64,000 nucleotides of DNA, from positions 3,667-67,666 of the forward strand of contig JAZTYJ010000022.1 in the NCBI GenBank assembly GCA_045636865.1, in the 5' to 3' direction. This stretch comes from Eubacteriales bacterium (GTDB taxonomy: Bacteria > Bacillota > Clostridia > Oscillospirales > JAAYXM01). Below the pieces are notes generated by a model. The model saw only the letters and a list, made by a program, of their open reading frames with translations, ran no database searches and was not told where the DNA came from. Shown here piece by piece: positions 36,852 to 47,308 of this stretch. Each line of letters begins with the position of its first letter. The stretch's first letter is position 1. The position numbers and the translations under genes are program-made.

Positions 36852-37564
36852 ATCTCATCTCTCCTCTCTTCTATTTTAATCGGGAAAAATGTTGCACAAA
36901 ATGCGCTGATGAAAACCGTAATTATAATTATCGTCCATCCGCTTGAGAGCGTTTTCAAAACGGGTGCATAGTAGAACGCAAAGCTTGCAGCAATAGCAAG
37001 AATTACCGCTATGAGAACGTTTTTGTTCTCACGCGATGGCGGAATCACGATAGCAATAAACATACCGTAAAGTGCGATTCCCATAGCAGAGGCAAGTGAC
37101 TGCGGCATAACGGAGGTTGCAATCGCACCGACAGCCGTTCCCATCGTCCACCCAAGCACCGGTGATATTATAAGTCCCGCCATATATACCGCCGAAAGCG
37201 GTTCAGACCGTCGCATACTTACCGCAAAAACCTCGTCCGTTATACCAAACGACACGAGAAATCTCTGTCGGAGTGTCATCGATGCTGAAACCTTCTGCGA
37301 AACAGACAACGACATAAGAAAATAGCGCATATTTATAATGAGCGTTGTTATTGCAATTTCAAGAAGTCTTCCGAGTTCGAACATAATGTTTATACCCGCA
37401 AACTGTCCTGCACTCGTAACATTTGTAAGCGACGTCAGAATCGCTGCCCAGACAGGAAGACCACTCTTTGAAGCCGTTATTCCGAAAGCCATGGAGACCG
37501 AAAAGTAACCAAGGCATATCGGAAGTCCGTCGCAGAGCCCGTCTGAAAAATCTTTTTTCTTCAT
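36848..37564 (-). CDS. azlC: AzlC-family branched-chain amino acid permease
   Basis: 238-aa membrane protein with the AzlC-like N-terminus GLPICLGYFSVSMAFG. Confidence 0.85.
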   Translation of the reverse strand: MKKKDFSDGLCDGLPICLGYFSVSMAFGITASKSGLPVWAAILTSLTNVTSAGQFAGINIMFELGRLLEIAITTLIINMRYFLMSLSVSQKVSASMTLRQRFLVSFGITDEVFAVSMRRSEPLSAVYMAGLIISPVLGWTMGTAVGAIATSVMPQSLASAMGIALYGMFIAIVIPPSRENKNVLIAVILAIAASFAFYYAPVLKTLSSGWTIIIITVFISAFCATFFPIKIEERRDEI

Positions 37565-37603
37565 ATTTTCATTCCTTTTAAACTTCCACTTCCGTTTAAC
37601 TGC

Positions 37604-38077
37604 TCATCGAACAATAGATCCCATCTTCGCTGAAACGAGGTCAATCAGCTCCGTCGGTGAGATTTCAACCTGATAGCCTATCTTACCTGCGCTGAATACA
37701 ATTTTTTCAAACTTCATACACGAGGCATCAACAACCGTAACATACTGTTTTTTCATTCCTATGGGAGAGCAACCGCCACGGATATATCCCGTTACCTTGT
37801 TTATATCCTTAACAGGAATCATTTCCACCGATTTTTCGCCTACCGCCGCAGCACAAGCCTTTAAATCAAGCTCATTTAAAACAGGAACAACAAAAACATA
37901 ATACTTCTTCGATGGAGCTTGTGTAACCAACGTTTTAAAAACACATTCGGGTACCTTTCCTATCTTCCGCGCAACTGATGTGCCATCGAAATCCCCATCA
38001 CTTTCATATGTATATAAGTTATATTCTATCTTATTTGTTTCCAAAACTCTCATAACATTTGTTTTAAAATTTGCCAT
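37604..38077 (-). CDS. ybaK: Cys-tRNA(Pro)/Cys-tRNA(Cys) deacylase YbaK
   Basis: YbaK/EbsC-family length and motifs (KTLV, GGCSPIGMKK). ATG at 38077 follows AAGGTGA. Confidence 0.85.
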   Translation of the reverse strand: MANFKTNVMRVLETNKIEYNLYTYESDGDFDGTSVARKIGKVPECVFKTLVTQAPSKKYYVFVVPVLNELDLKACAAAVGEKSVEMIPVKDINKVTGYIRGGCSPIGMKKQYVTVVDASCMKFEKIVFSAGKIGYQVEISPTELIDLVSAKMGSIVR

Positions 38078-38110
38078 CAAAATCACCTTGTATGATTATA
38101 CCACAAACAA

Positions 38111-38145
38111 ACGGCATACCGCAACAGATATTTGCGGTATGCCGT
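38111..38145 (-). terminator. rho-independent terminator after the lipoprotein gene
   Basis: A 13-bp stem, acggcataccgca-N9-tgcggtatgccgt, with TTTGTTTG on the minus strand. Confidence 0.7.
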
Positions 38146-38161
38146 CTTTTGTTATTATTCT

Positions 38162-38674
38162 TTATGAAAATCTGAATGTTGCCGCAATTTCTGCGAGTTC
38201 TTTTCTTATCGCTTCATTTGTATTTTTCGGATACTCCCAAGAAACGATATAGGTGTTTCCGTCTTTTTCATACACCGAAAACCAAAGCGAATCACCGTCA
38301 GGCTCAATTCCGAGAATCCGGTTTCCCGTCAAGTCTTCTATGATATAATCATCATTTTCGCGGAGAAAGATACCTCTTGCAACTATTTCGTCAGTATTTT
38401 TATAAGTTGTTACCGAAATTTCGACGTCATCGTACTTTTTGCTGTTCCACGTCTCTTCGAGGTTTCCGTCATCAAGGTCGCGCTCATACCGATATCCGTC
38501 CGGGATTGAGATAGTATACCCCTCACCCTGATAAACATTATCTTTCGTCTTTTCTCCACCGACCGTTGCAAACGTCTTATCGTTCTGCACCTCGGGCAGA
38601 TAAAGCGTCTTCTCACGCGCACCGCAGCCTGCAAGAAGAAACACGGATAACAGAAGCAAAATTAACTTTTTCAT
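38162..38674 (-). CDS. lipoprotein of unknown function
   Basis: The signal peptide carries a lipobox: MKKLILLLLSVFLLAGCG. Confidence 0.7.
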   Translation of the reverse strand: MKKLILLLLSVFLLAGCGAREKTLYLPEVQNDKTFATVGGEKTKDNVYQGEGYTISIPDGYRYERDLDDGNLEETWNSKKYDDVEISVTTYKNTDEIVARGIFLRENDDYIIEDLTGNRILGIEPDGDSLWFSVYEKDGNTYIVSWEYPKNTNEAIRKELAEIAATFRFS

Positions 38675-38892
38675 TTTTTAACCCCTTTTACAAAAAATGA
38701 TGCAATAAATATTATCACCATCACCGCGGCATATATACCATAGCAGATTCTCCAGCAATGTGCATCAAATGCAAAATCACCTATGTAAATTGTTTTACCG
38801 AGCGTAGGAACTGAAACTGCGATAAACACAAACACAGCCGCAACAATAAACATAAAAAGGCTTATCAGTCTTAAAAGTATTCTTTTATTCAT
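38671..38892 (-). CDS. small two-TM membrane protein of unknown function
   Basis: Start at MNKRILLRLISLF with a GGGGGA RBS. Overlaps the lipoprotein gene by 4 nt (ATGA). Confidence 0.55.
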   Translation of the reverse strand: MNKRILLRLISLFMFIVAAVFVFIAVSVPTLGKTIYIGDFAFDAHCWRICYGIYAAVMVIIFIASFFVKGVKK

Positions 38893-38979
38893 TATGTCAT
38901 CCCCCTGATACAAAAAAACTTGAATAACAAAAATAAACATTATATAATAAATTCAAAGAAAACAAGCGAGGTGTTTTTT

Positions 38980-39707
38980 ATGATAAGTTATCGCAATTCA
39001 ATAAATGAAATTGACACAGATACCGTTATTATTCCTATCGGAAGTATTGAGCAACACGGCACCCATCTCCCTACCGGCACTGACTATTTCGTCATAAAAG
39101 AGTGGTCTGAGCGAGTTGCCGAAAAAATAAACGCATACCTTCTACCGCCGCTTCCAATAAGCACATGCTATGAACACAAAGGAACAAAAGGCTGTGCAAG
39201 AATGCGCCCTTCAACATTTTCACTTATGCTTACGGATATAATTCTTGATTTACGCGATCAAGGTTTTCGAAAAGTGATTGTCATACTCGGTCACGGAGGT
39301 GTTTTTGCAGCCGGACCGATTATACGTGAGCTCAATGCACTCTATGACGACCTTGAAGTCATTAAGATTGAAAATATCGTGAATGAAAAAATTCTTTCCC
39401 TCTTGCATTCCCCAATGGATGAGATACACGCAGGCGAATCCGAAACATCTATGATGCTTGCAATTGATGAATCTCTTGTAAACAAAGATGAGATGATGAA
39501 AAACGACTTCATTCCCGATTGTCCGAGAGATTATCTGAACTATGCACCTCTTCCGAACCTCTTCCGAACCTCTCTCCGACAGGAGTCTGGGGGCTCCCCT
39601 CATATTCTTCAAAGGAAAAGGGAGAAAAACTTATCGAATATACCGTTGAAGAAGCCGTCAGAATGATTGACAACGCATTTAAATATACATCATCCAAAAA
39701 GTGGTAA
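38980..39707 (+). pseudogene. creatininase-family amidohydrolase, frameshifted by an 11-bp tandem duplication
   Basis: The N-terminal part (IIPIGSIEQHGTHLPTGTD, ILGHGG, HAGESETS) lies in the frame of ORF 38920-39666. The family-typical C-terminus (PTGVWGLPSYSSKEKGEKLIEY...) lies in the frame of ORF 39519-39707. Deleting one 11-bp copy rejoins them into 717 nt, or 238 codons plus a stop. Confidence 0.8.
39547..39568 (+). repeat. 11-bp perfect tandem duplication (cctcttccgaa x2, followed by a partial cctct)
   Basis: Read directly from the sequence. It sits exactly where the creatininase reading frame changes. Confidence 0.85.
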
Positions 39708-39796
39708 CTCAAACGTGTGTTATATTAAGTCTTTACACGCTCATTATAGCGCACTTTCTTATTTTTTTCAATAATCGTTCTCTTTTATAAAAAACA

Positions 39797-39825
39797 TTGA
39801 TTTTTTACATATTATTTGATATTAT
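39797..39825 (+). promoter_or_regulatory. sigma-A type promoter of metK
   Basis: TTGATT, a 17-nt spacer, then TATTAT. The GGAG RBS and ATG at 39862 follow. Confidence 0.55.
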
Positions 39826-39861
39826 ATTGTCAGAACATTTTTTAGTTTGGAGATTTATGCT

Positions 39862-41034
39862 ATGGCACTTTACAAATTTACATCAGAATCAGTTACAGAA
39901 GGACATCCTGACAAAGTCTGCGACCAGATTTCGGATGCAATTCTTGACTCTATTCTCGCACAGGACAAGAACGCCCGCGTTGCCTGTGAAACTATCGTTA
40001 CTACAGGTATGGCACTCGTAATGGGTGAAATATCAACGGAATGCTACGTTGATATTCCGGCAACCGTAAGAAAAACTATCGATGAAATCGGATATAACAA
40101 TCCTCTTATGGGATTTGACTCAAAGACTTGCGCTGTTCTCTCTTCTATCGATGAGCAGTCTCCCGATATTGCGCTCGGTGTTGACAACTCTTTTGAGTTC
40201 AAGGGTTCATCGGACGACTATGCAAACAAAATCGGTGCAGGTGACCAGGGTATGATGTTTGGTTATGCTTGCAACGAAACCGCAGAGCTTATGCCGGCCC
40301 CCATCACATTTGCACACAAGCTCTCAAAGCGTCTTGCCGACGTCAGAAAATCGGGCGAGCTTGATTTTCTCTGCCCGGACGGCAAATCTCAGGTGACATT
40401 CGAATACGACGGCGATAAAATAAAGCGTTGCGACACCATCGTTGTTTCAACTCAGCACCTCGACACAATTTCGCTTGACGCTCTTCGCGATGCTGTTAAA
40501 AAACATATTATCCTCCCCGTTATGCCGGAAGAATATATCGACAAAGACACAAAGATTTTCATAAACCCGACAGGTCGTTTCGTTATCGGCGGTCCGCAGG
40601 GCGACTCCGGTCTCACGGGCAGAAAAATTATTGTTGATACTTACGGCGGCTTCGCACGTCACGGCGGCGGTGCTTTCTCCGGAAAAGATCCGACAAAGGT
40701 TGACAGAAGTGCGGCTTATATGGCTCGCTACATTGCAAAGAACGTTGTTGCGGCAGGTCTTGCAAGCCGCTGCGAAATTGAGCTTGCATATGCTATCGGT
40801 GTTGCACACCCCGTTTCTGTTTTTGTTGACACATTCGGTACCGGCGTTCTTTCAGACGACAAGATTTCAGCGCTTATCTGTGATACGTTTGATATGCGTC
40901 CGGTCAAGATTATTGAGCAGTTTGACCTCCGCCGTCCTATTTATCGACAGACTGCCGCATACGGACACTTCGGCAGAGCTGATCTTGATCTCCCGTGGGA
41001 AAGACTTGATATGGTTGACAAACTCAAAAAGTAA
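39862..41034 (+). CDS. metK: S-adenosylmethionine synthase
   Basis: [32 protein letters not shown] and [16 protein letters not shown]. The track start at 39847 is a TTG inside the RBS. Confidence 0.95.
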   Translation: MALYKFTSESVTEGHPDKVCDQISDAILDSILAQDKNARVACETIVTTGMALVMGEISTECYVDIPATVRKTIDEIGYNNPLMGFDSKTCAVLSSIDEQSPDIALGVDNSFEFKGSSDDYANKIGAGDQGMMFGYACNETAELMPAPITFAHKLSKRLADVRKSGELDFLCPDGKSQVTFEYDGDKIKRCDTIVVSTQHLDTISLDALRDAVKKHIILPVMPEEYIDKDTKIFINPTGRFVIGGPQGDSGLTGRKIIVDTYGGFARHGGGAFSGKDPTKVDRSAAYMARYIAKNVVAAGLASRCEIELAYAIGVAHPVSVFVDTFGTGVLSDDKISALICDTFDMRPVKIIEQFDLRRPIYRQTAAYGHFGRADLDLPWERLDMVDKLKK

Positions 41035-41041
41035 CTTCAAA

Positions 41042-41078
41042 GGAACTCAAAACCTCAATGGTTTTGGGTTCCTTTTTT
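41042..41078 (+). terminator. rho-independent terminator of metK
   Basis: ggaactcaaaacc-N5-ggttttgggttcc followed by TTTTTT. Confidence 0.8.
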
Positions 41079-41182
41079 ATGTCTGAAATTACATACTTTT
41101 TATCCAAATTTGTAGTTGAAAGCAGAAATATTCTATAGTATAATCTATATAAAACATTTTAGTAACGAAAGGGCGCTTCACA

Positions 41183-42919
41183 ATGAAATTCTTTCACGTT
41201 TATAACGACTGGCACATAAAGGCACTTGAGAAGAATGGTTTTATAAACAAAGATACAGGTTTTAAAATTCAGCATGTTTTCTCAATGCCTGATGAACTTA
41301 AATTCAATAAATATGCCGCAAAAGGCTCACAAATTCACTCTATTATAAAAGAAGGAAAAATTCCTTTTTATGTTGACAGAATTGCAGGCGGTTGTTCATA
41401 TCATGAATACAATTTTGATAAAGAACTCATCCGTGAATACCAAAATATCCTCGGCGATTGGTTTCTTGGTTTTCAGCTTCACGAAAGTGGTTCAAATCTC
41501 AGATGCTGCGACTGGAAAGCTGTCCTTGATGTTATGAATGGTGAAAAAGGTCCGTATAATGCAGATGAGCTTTGCAAGCGCATTTCAACCACTTATGAAA
41601 GAGGCGAAGACGGAGAGCTTCTCCCCTCATTATTCCAGGATCTCCCCGAAGTTTATGCACAAAAACGCTATGCAGAAACTCCCGCTGAGTTCATCAAAGA
41701 ACTCAGAGAATTCTACACTCGTAAGATGGATAAAGTAGATGGACTTGTTCTCCCGTGCGACAGCTACTATATGGCAACAAAAATACATGACGATCTTGGT
41801 ATGCGCTCCTTTATGCCCGAGGTTGGCTGCCAGATTCCGCTCATGCGACCGCAAGTTGCACTTGCACGCGGTATGGCAAAAGCAAAAGGCAAAACGTGGG
41901 GTACGTACTACGAGTGTTGGAGAGCCGTCCAGGAAGACGAAAACTTTGTTTATTCAATGCCCTGCTTCAATACAGATTCTTCTAATGAATGGTATCTTAA
42001 CCAGGAAGATCATCCAGACGATTTCTCCTCACACGGTGAAAATGGCGGAAGTTCCAGATATCTCCAGAACAGAATCTACTATTATTCTCTCATGGCAGGT
42101 GCCGATTATCTCTCTGAGGAATGGGGACTCAACTGCTCTTACATGGATATGAACGACTTTACTCTCTCTGATTATGGCAGGGTAAAAAAAGACTTTATAA
42201 ATACCGCTCTCGACTTCCGCGGTATACGTTCAAAAATCCCATTCGCAATCGTTCTCCCGACAGATTTTGCTTGTTTTGAAATTTTCAATGTGGAGGAAGA
42301 TTGCAAAATCGGTGTTCATCGCAACACATACATGGAATGTCTGCTCTCCGATGCCGAAAAGAAATACTATGGTCATATTGAAGATGTTATCAAGCTCATC
42401 TACAACAGAAGCACTATTATCGGAAACGAAGGACATACTATCACAAACTCGCAATTTGGTGATATCTTTGATATCGTATATGCCGATACAAATGAAGAGG
42501 CGCTTTCAAAATACGAATATCTCATTGATGCAACACCAACTGATGAGTTTGCAAAAAAATCCGGTAAAAAGTTCAAGATTCTTAAATCTTCTGATCTTAA
42601 AAAGCTCGAAACTAATATCAACAAACTCACAAAAGATGTTATGCCGGTATACGTTTCTGATCTCTGTTGGCTCGTTTCTACTGATGAAAACAACCGACGT
42701 TATCTCTCAATTTTCAACAACGAAGGAAACGAGAGAAGCCTCAAAAAAGGAAACACTCTTCTCCATGAGGCTGACAGGCGAGTTACTATCACCTTTAAAG
42801 AAAGCACAACACCTCATATTCTGAAAGAAGCTCTCGGTTCTTGCTCACTTGAGAGAATCAACGACACAACTTTTGAAGCTACAATCCCTGCTTCCGGCTT
42901 CGTAATCATGAGTTTTTAA
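41183..42919 (+). CDS. hypothetical cytoplasmic protein, 578 aa (no family recognised; possibly glycoside-hydrolase-like)
   Basis: A long ORF with its own intergenic region and terminator. It has no signal peptide and no TM helix. Confidence 0.6.
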   Translation: MKFFHVYNDWHIKALEKNGFINKDTGFKIQHVFSMPDELKFNKYAAKGSQIHSIIKEGKIPFYVDRIAGGCSYHEYNFDKELIREYQNILGDWFLGFQLHESGSNLRCCDWKAVLDVMNGEKGPYNADELCKRISTTYERGEDGELLPSLFQDLPEVYAQKRYAETPAEFIKELREFYTRKMDKVDGLVLPCDSYYMATKIHDDLGMRSFMPEVGCQIPLMRPQVALARGMAKAKGKTWGTYYECWRAVQEDENFVYSMPCFNTDSSNEWYLNQEDHPDDFSSHGENGGSSRYLQNRIYYYSLMAGADYLSEEWGLNCSYMDMNDFTLSDYGRVKKDFINTALDFRGIRSKIPFAIVLPTDFACFEIFNVEEDCKIGVHRNTYMECLLSDAEKKYYGHIEDVIKLIYNRSTIIGNEGHTITNSQFGDIFDIVYADTNEEALSKYEYLIDATPTDEFAKKSGKKFKILKSSDLKKLETNINKLTKDVMPVYVSDLCWLVSTDENNRRYLSIFNNEGNERSLKKGNTLLHEADRRVTITFKESTTPHILKEALGSCSLERINDTTFEATIPASGFVIMSF

Positions 42920-42923
42920 TAAT

Positions 42924-42957
42924 AAAAAGAGATGCGAATCTTTCGCATCTCTTTTTT
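42924..42957. terminator. bidirectional rho-independent terminator between convergent genes
   Basis: agagatgcgaa-tct-ttcgcatctct flanked by an A-run and a T-run. Confidence 0.8.
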
Positions 42958-42974
42958 GTTTTATTTGTTTTCAA

Positions 42975-43958
42975 TTAAAGTGTGGCAGCCATAACTGCTT
43001 TAATTGTGTGCATACGGTTTTCTGCTTCGTCAAAAACAACCGATCTTTCACTTTCAATTACCTCGTCGGTAACTTCCATCGCATCAATTCCGAACTTTTC
43101 GTAAATATCGCGTCCTATCGTTGTCTTTAAATCGTGGAATGCCGGCAAGCAATGCATGAAGATGCAGCCGTCACCCGCATTATCAAGAAGCTTCATATTT
43201 ACCTGATACGGAAGAAGATCGTCTATTCTCTCCTTCCAGACGCTCTCCGGCTCGCCCATTGATACCCAAACATCTGTGTAGATAACGTTTGCGTTCTTTG
43301 TTGCCTCCATCGGATCTTCGACAAATTCGATGACCGCGCCCGTTTCCTTCGCTATTTCCATACACTCGGAAACAAGCTCACTTGACGGGAAGTATTTCTT
43401 CGGTGCGCATGCTACAAAGTGCATACCCATCTTTGCACAACCAACCATAAGAGAATTCCCCATATTATATCTTGCGTCGCCCATATATACGAGCTTTTTG
43501 CCAACAAGTGTTCCGAACTTTTCGCGGATTGTCATAAAATCGGCAAGAATCTGTGTCGGGTGGAATTCGTTTGTGAGCCCGTTCCATACGGGAACTCCCG
43601 CATATTCTGCAAGCTCCTCTACTATTTCCTGACCAAAGCCGCGGTATTCGATACCGTCAAACATTCTTCCGAGAACGCGTGCAGTATCTGCAATGCTTTC
43701 TTTTTTGCCGATCTGTGAACCCTGCGGATCAAGATAGACCGGATGCATTCCGAGGTCTGATGCCGCAACCTCAAATGCACAGCGAGTGCGTGTGCTTGTC
43801 TTTTCAAAGACGAGAGCTATGTTCTTACCCTCGCACATACGGTGCGCAATACCTGCTTTTTTCTTCTTTTTGAGCAAATCCGCAAGATCGATGAGATAGT
43901 TGATTTCTGCCGGTGTAAAGTCGAGCAGCTTTAAAAAGCTTTTTCCTTTTAAATTCAT
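42975..43958 (-). CDS. argF: ornithine carbamoyltransferase
   Basis: [17 protein letters not shown] and HCLPAF. The start is probably MNLKGKSF (43958). The track start is a GTG at 43967. Confidence 0.93.
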   Translation of the reverse strand: MNLKGKSFLKLLDFTPAEINYLIDLADLLKKKKKAGIAHRMCEGKNIALVFEKTSTRTRCAFEVAASDLGMHPVYLDPQGSQIGKKESIADTARVLGRMFDGIEYRGFGQEIVEELAEYAGVPVWNGLTNEFHPTQILADFMTIREKFGTLVGKKLVYMGDARYNMGNSLMVGCAKMGMHFVACAPKKYFPSSELVSECMEIAKETGAVIEFVEDPMEATKNANVIYTDVWVSMGEPESVWKERIDDLLPYQVNMKLLDNAGDGCIFMHCLPAFHDLKTTIGRDIYEKFGIDAMEVTDEVIESERSVVFDEAENRMHTIKAVMAATL

Positions 43959-43967
43959 ATCATTCAC

Positions 43968-45131
43968 TTACCTTTCACATTCTGAAACGATGATTTCTAT
44001 CGCTTCGCGCAAGATTTCAAAATCAATATTGAGAGACGGCAAAAGACGGACTTTATCCTTCGCAGTAAGACAAAGGACTCCTCTTTCCATGCAGGCAGCA
44101 ACGACATCGCCTGCCGGCTTCTTCGTCTTGATTCCTATCATAAGCCCCATACCGCTTACTTCTTCCACACCGCTTGATGCAGAAAGAGTTTTGAAGATGT
44201 AATCACTTTTTTCTTTTACTTCGGCAAGAAGCTTATCGTCAATTCTTGAAAGAATCGAGAGTGCACCTGCGGCACATACCGGGTTTCCGCCGAAGGTTGA
44301 ACCGTGATCGCCAAATCCGAGAACGCACTCTACCTTTTCAGAGAGAAGTGCCGCACCGATCGGAAGTCCGCCGCCGAGTCCTTTTGCAGTCGAAACCACG
44401 TCTGGCTCGATTCCGAAATTCATATATGAATAAAGCTTACCCGAACGGCCGTTACCTGTCTGGACTTCGTCGATTATGAGAATTATGTCCTTCTCTTTCG
44501 CGAGAGCCGCAGTTTTCTTTACAAAGTCTTCATCAAGAGCGATAACTCCGCCCTCACCCTGAACACACTCCATCATTATTGCCGCAACTTTGTTCTCCGA
44601 AACAATTCTTGAAAGCGCATCAAAATCATTTGCGGGAGTGTGAACAAAGCCCGGAGTAAGCGGCTTGAAAAGCTCATGGTAATGCTCCTGACCCGTTGCT
44701 GCAAGAGTTGTGAGAGTTCTGCCGTGGAAGCTGTTTTCGAGTGTTACGATTGTAAAATAATCCTCACCTTTCTTCTCTGCGGCGTACTTTCTTGCAACTT
44801 TAATCGCACATTCGTTTGCCTCAGCTCCCGAATTTGAGAAGAAAACCTTCTTCATTCCCGTTCTCTCACAAAGGAGCTTTGCAAGACGTGCGCACGGCTC
44901 TGTATAGTAAAGGTTTGAAGTGTGCTGAAGCTTTCTCGCCTGCTCCGCAACCGCAAATGCCCACTCATCATCTGTAAAGCCAAACGCCGTTACACCTATT
45001 CCCGTTCCCATATCGATATAACGCTTGCCGTTTACGTCGTAAACCTCTGCACCCTTTCCGTGCGTAAGCTCTATCGGAAAACGCTTATATGTGTTTGCAA
45101 CAAAGCTCTTATCAGTTTCCATAATACTCAT
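43968..45131 (-). CDS. argD: acetylornithine aminotransferase
   Basis: Class III aminotransferase motifs: SNSGAEANE, IIDEVQTGNGRSGK and STAKGLGGGLPIGA. ATG at 45131 follows GGGTGA. Confidence 0.92.
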   Translation of the reverse strand: MSIMETDKSFVANTYKRFPIELTHGKGAEVYDVNGKRYIDMGTGIGVTAFGFTDDEWAFAVAEQARKLQHTSNLYYTEPCARLAKLLCERTGMKKVFFSNSGAEANECAIKVARKYAAEKKGEDYFTIVTLENSFHGRTLTTLAATGQEHYHELFKPLTPGFVHTPANDFDALSRIVSENKVAAIMMECVQGEGGVIALDEDFVKKTAALAKEKDIILIIDEVQTGNGRSGKLYSYMNFGIEPDVVSTAKGLGGGLPIGAALLSEKVECVLGFGDHGSTFGGNPVCAAGALSILSRIDDKLLAEVKEKSDYIFKTLSASSGVEEVSGMGLMIGIKTKKPAGDVVAACMERGVLCLTAKDKVRLLPSLNIDFEILREAIEIIVSECER

Positions 45132-45201
45132 ACAAATCACCCAATCTTTCTGTTATAAAACGCGATAAAATCACCTGTGCCGGTGATTTTACAGTCGCAT
45201 A

Positions 45202-46062
45202 TTAACGTGTTACCATCGTTCCTGCACCCTCATTTGTGAGGAGCTCCATAAGGATTGAGTGAGGAACTCTGCCGTCCATTATAATTACTTTTTTTACACC
45301 CTCGTGAATAGCTTCTATGCAGCAATCAACCTTCGGGATCATACCACCCGAAATAACTCCCTCATCATAAAGCTTTGAGGCATCGTCTATTGAAATCTCC
45401 GCGATGAGTGTTGACGGATCATCTTTATCCTTTAAGATTCCTGCGATGTCCGTCATCATTATAAGTCTTTCTGCTCCGAGCGCACCTGCGATGTGAGCCG
45501 CCGCAGTATCCCCGTTTATGTTGTATGTATTTCCGTCTCTGTCGCAACCGACAGTTGAAATAACCGGAATGTAATTCTTCTCAAGAAGATCTACAACAGG
45601 CTGAATATTTATCTTTGTGATTTCACCTACATATCCGAGGCGTTCATCCTTGACCTCTGCTTCGATGAGGCGTCCGTCCATACCGGAGATGCCCATCGCC
45701 TTGCCGCCCATTGCTTCAAGGAGTGTTACAAGTGTCTTGTTTACCTTTCCCGCAAGAACCATCTGAACGATATCGACTGTTTCCTTGTCTGTAACGCGAA
45801 GTCCGTCAACAAACTCAGGCTTTTTTCCGAGCTTGCTCATGATGTCGTTGATTTCGGGACCTCCGCCGTGAACGAGAACAATTTTTACACCGATAAGCCA
45901 TAAAAGAACGATATCTTCCATAACCTGCTGTTTTAAGTGTTCATCTATCATTGCGTTTCCACCGTATTTAACGACTACGATTTTTCCGTTGTAGCGCTTG
46001 ATATACGGAAGTGCCTGCGCAAGAATTTCTGCGCGGTCTGAATTTGAAAGTATATTTGTCAT
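45202..46062 (-). CDS. argB: acetylglutamate kinase
   Basis: VVKYGGNAM, LVHGGGPEI and NINGDTAA. ATG at 46062 sits 8 nt after GGAGG. The longer track ORF overlaps argJ. Confidence 0.92.
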   Translation of the reverse strand: MTNILSNSDRAEILAQALPYIKRYNGKIVVVKYGGNAMIDEHLKQQVMEDIVLLWLIGVKIVLVHGGGPEINDIMSKLGKKPEFVDGLRVTDKETVDIVQMVLAGKVNKTLVTLLEAMGGKAMGISGMDGRLIEAEVKDERLGYVGEITKINIQPVVDLLEKNYIPVISTVGCDRDGNTYNINGDTAAAHIAGALGAERLIMMTDIAGILKDKDDPSTLIAEISIDDASKLYDEGVISGGMIPKVDCCIEAIHEGVKKVIIMDGRVPHSILMELLTNEGAGTMVTR

Positions 46063-46078
46063 TTCCATATCCTCCGGA

Positions 46079-47293
46079 TTATGTGCGGTAGTCACCGTTT
46101 ATTTTTACGTAGTCATATGTAAGGTCGCATCCCCAGGCAACCGCGCCTGCAGGACCGTTGCCCAATGAAACAACGATTTCGATTTCCTTTTCAAGCAGAA
46201 TTTCTTTTGCGATTTCTTCGGAGAACGGAACTCCTGCGCCATCCTTGCAGACAAGGATTTCGCCCTTACAGCTTTTAAAGGAAACGTCAATTGCATTAAC
46301 GTCAACATCTGCACCGCTGTAACCTATTGCACAGAGAACTCTTCCCCAGTTTGCGTCTGCTCCAAACATTGCAGCCTTTAAGAGACTTGAGCAGATGACG
46401 CTCTTTGCAACTGTTTTTGCGATATTTTCATCTTCTGCACCGCTTACTGTACATTCAAGAAGCTTTGTAGCACCTTCACCGTCGCCTGCAATCATTCTGC
46501 AGAGACCGACCGTAACTGTGTTGAGAGCCTGCATAAAGGTTTTGAAATCGTCGCCGTCTGAAGTGATTTTTTCGTTTCCTGCCATTCCGTTTGCAAGGAC
46601 ACAAACCATATCGTTTGTTGACGTATCACCGTCGATGCTTACCATATTGAATGTGTTTTTAATGTCTGATGAAAGTGCGACCTTGAGCATTTCGGGGCTG
46701 ATAGCCGCGTCGGTTGTTATAAAGACAAGCATTGTTGCCATATTCGGGTGAATCATACCGCTGCCCTTTGCGATACCACCCATTTTGCAGACCTTACCAC
46801 CGAGAACAAACTCAACTGCAACTTCTTTTTTAACTGTGTCGGTTGTCATTATGCCCTCTGCCGCAGCCGCGCTGCCTTCATCAGAAAGACCTTCTGCAAG
46901 CTCTTTCATTCCGTCTGCGATAGGCGTAACATCAAGCGGCTGACCTATAACGCCTGTAGATGCGACAACGATGTCCGACGGAGAGAGAGAAAGCTCGTCT
47001 GCGCAGATTTTGCTCATATTCTCTGCAACTTCAACGCCGTCTGCATTGCAGGTATTTGCGTTTCCGCTATTGCAGATAACTGCCTGGGCATAACCGTCTG
47101 CAATGTGGTTTTTAGTAACTGCAATCGGTGCGCCCTTTACGAGATTTGTTGTGTATACCGCAGCAGCTGCCGCCGGGACCTTGCTGACAATGAGCGAGAG
47201 ATCTCTTTTTGTTTTATTCTTTCTTATTCCGCAATGAATGCCGTTTGCGAGAAATCCCTCTGCCGCACAAACGCCTCCGTTAATAAGCTTCAT
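46079..47293 (-). CDS. argJ: bifunctional ornithine acetyltransferase / N-acetylglutamate synthase
   Basis: The ArgJ autoprocessing region is HPNMATMLVFITTDA. The length of 404 aa fits the family. Confidence 0.92.
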   Translation of the reverse strand: MKLINGGVCAAEGFLANGIHCGIRKNKTKRDLSLIVSKVPAAAAAVYTTNLVKGAPIAVTKNHIADGYAQAVICNSGNANTCNADGVEVAENMSKICADELSLSPSDIVVASTGVIGQPLDVTPIADGMKELAEGLSDEGSAAAAEGIMTTDTVKKEVAVEFVLGGKVCKMGGIAKGSGMIHPNMATMLVFITTDAAISPEMLKVALSSDIKNTFNMVSIDGDTSTNDMVCVLANGMAGNEKITSDGDDFKTFMQALNTVTVGLCRMIAGDGEGATKLLECTVSGAEDENIAKTVAKSVICSSLLKAAMFGADANWGRVLCAIGYSGADVDVNAIDVSFKSCKGEILVCKDGAGVPFSEEIAKEILLEKEIEIVVSLGNGPAGAVAWGCDLTYDYVKINGDYRT

Positions 47294-47308
47294 TTTCCAT
47301 ATCCTCCG

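Noticed and set aside
39708-39861. I looked for a SAM-I (S-box) riboswitch upstream of metK.
   Set aside because: The intergenic region is only about 150 nt, and most of it is AT-rich promoter DNA. The predicted leader is about 35 nt. I saw no conserved S-box helices or terminator/antiterminator pair. An Rfam scan would confirm this.
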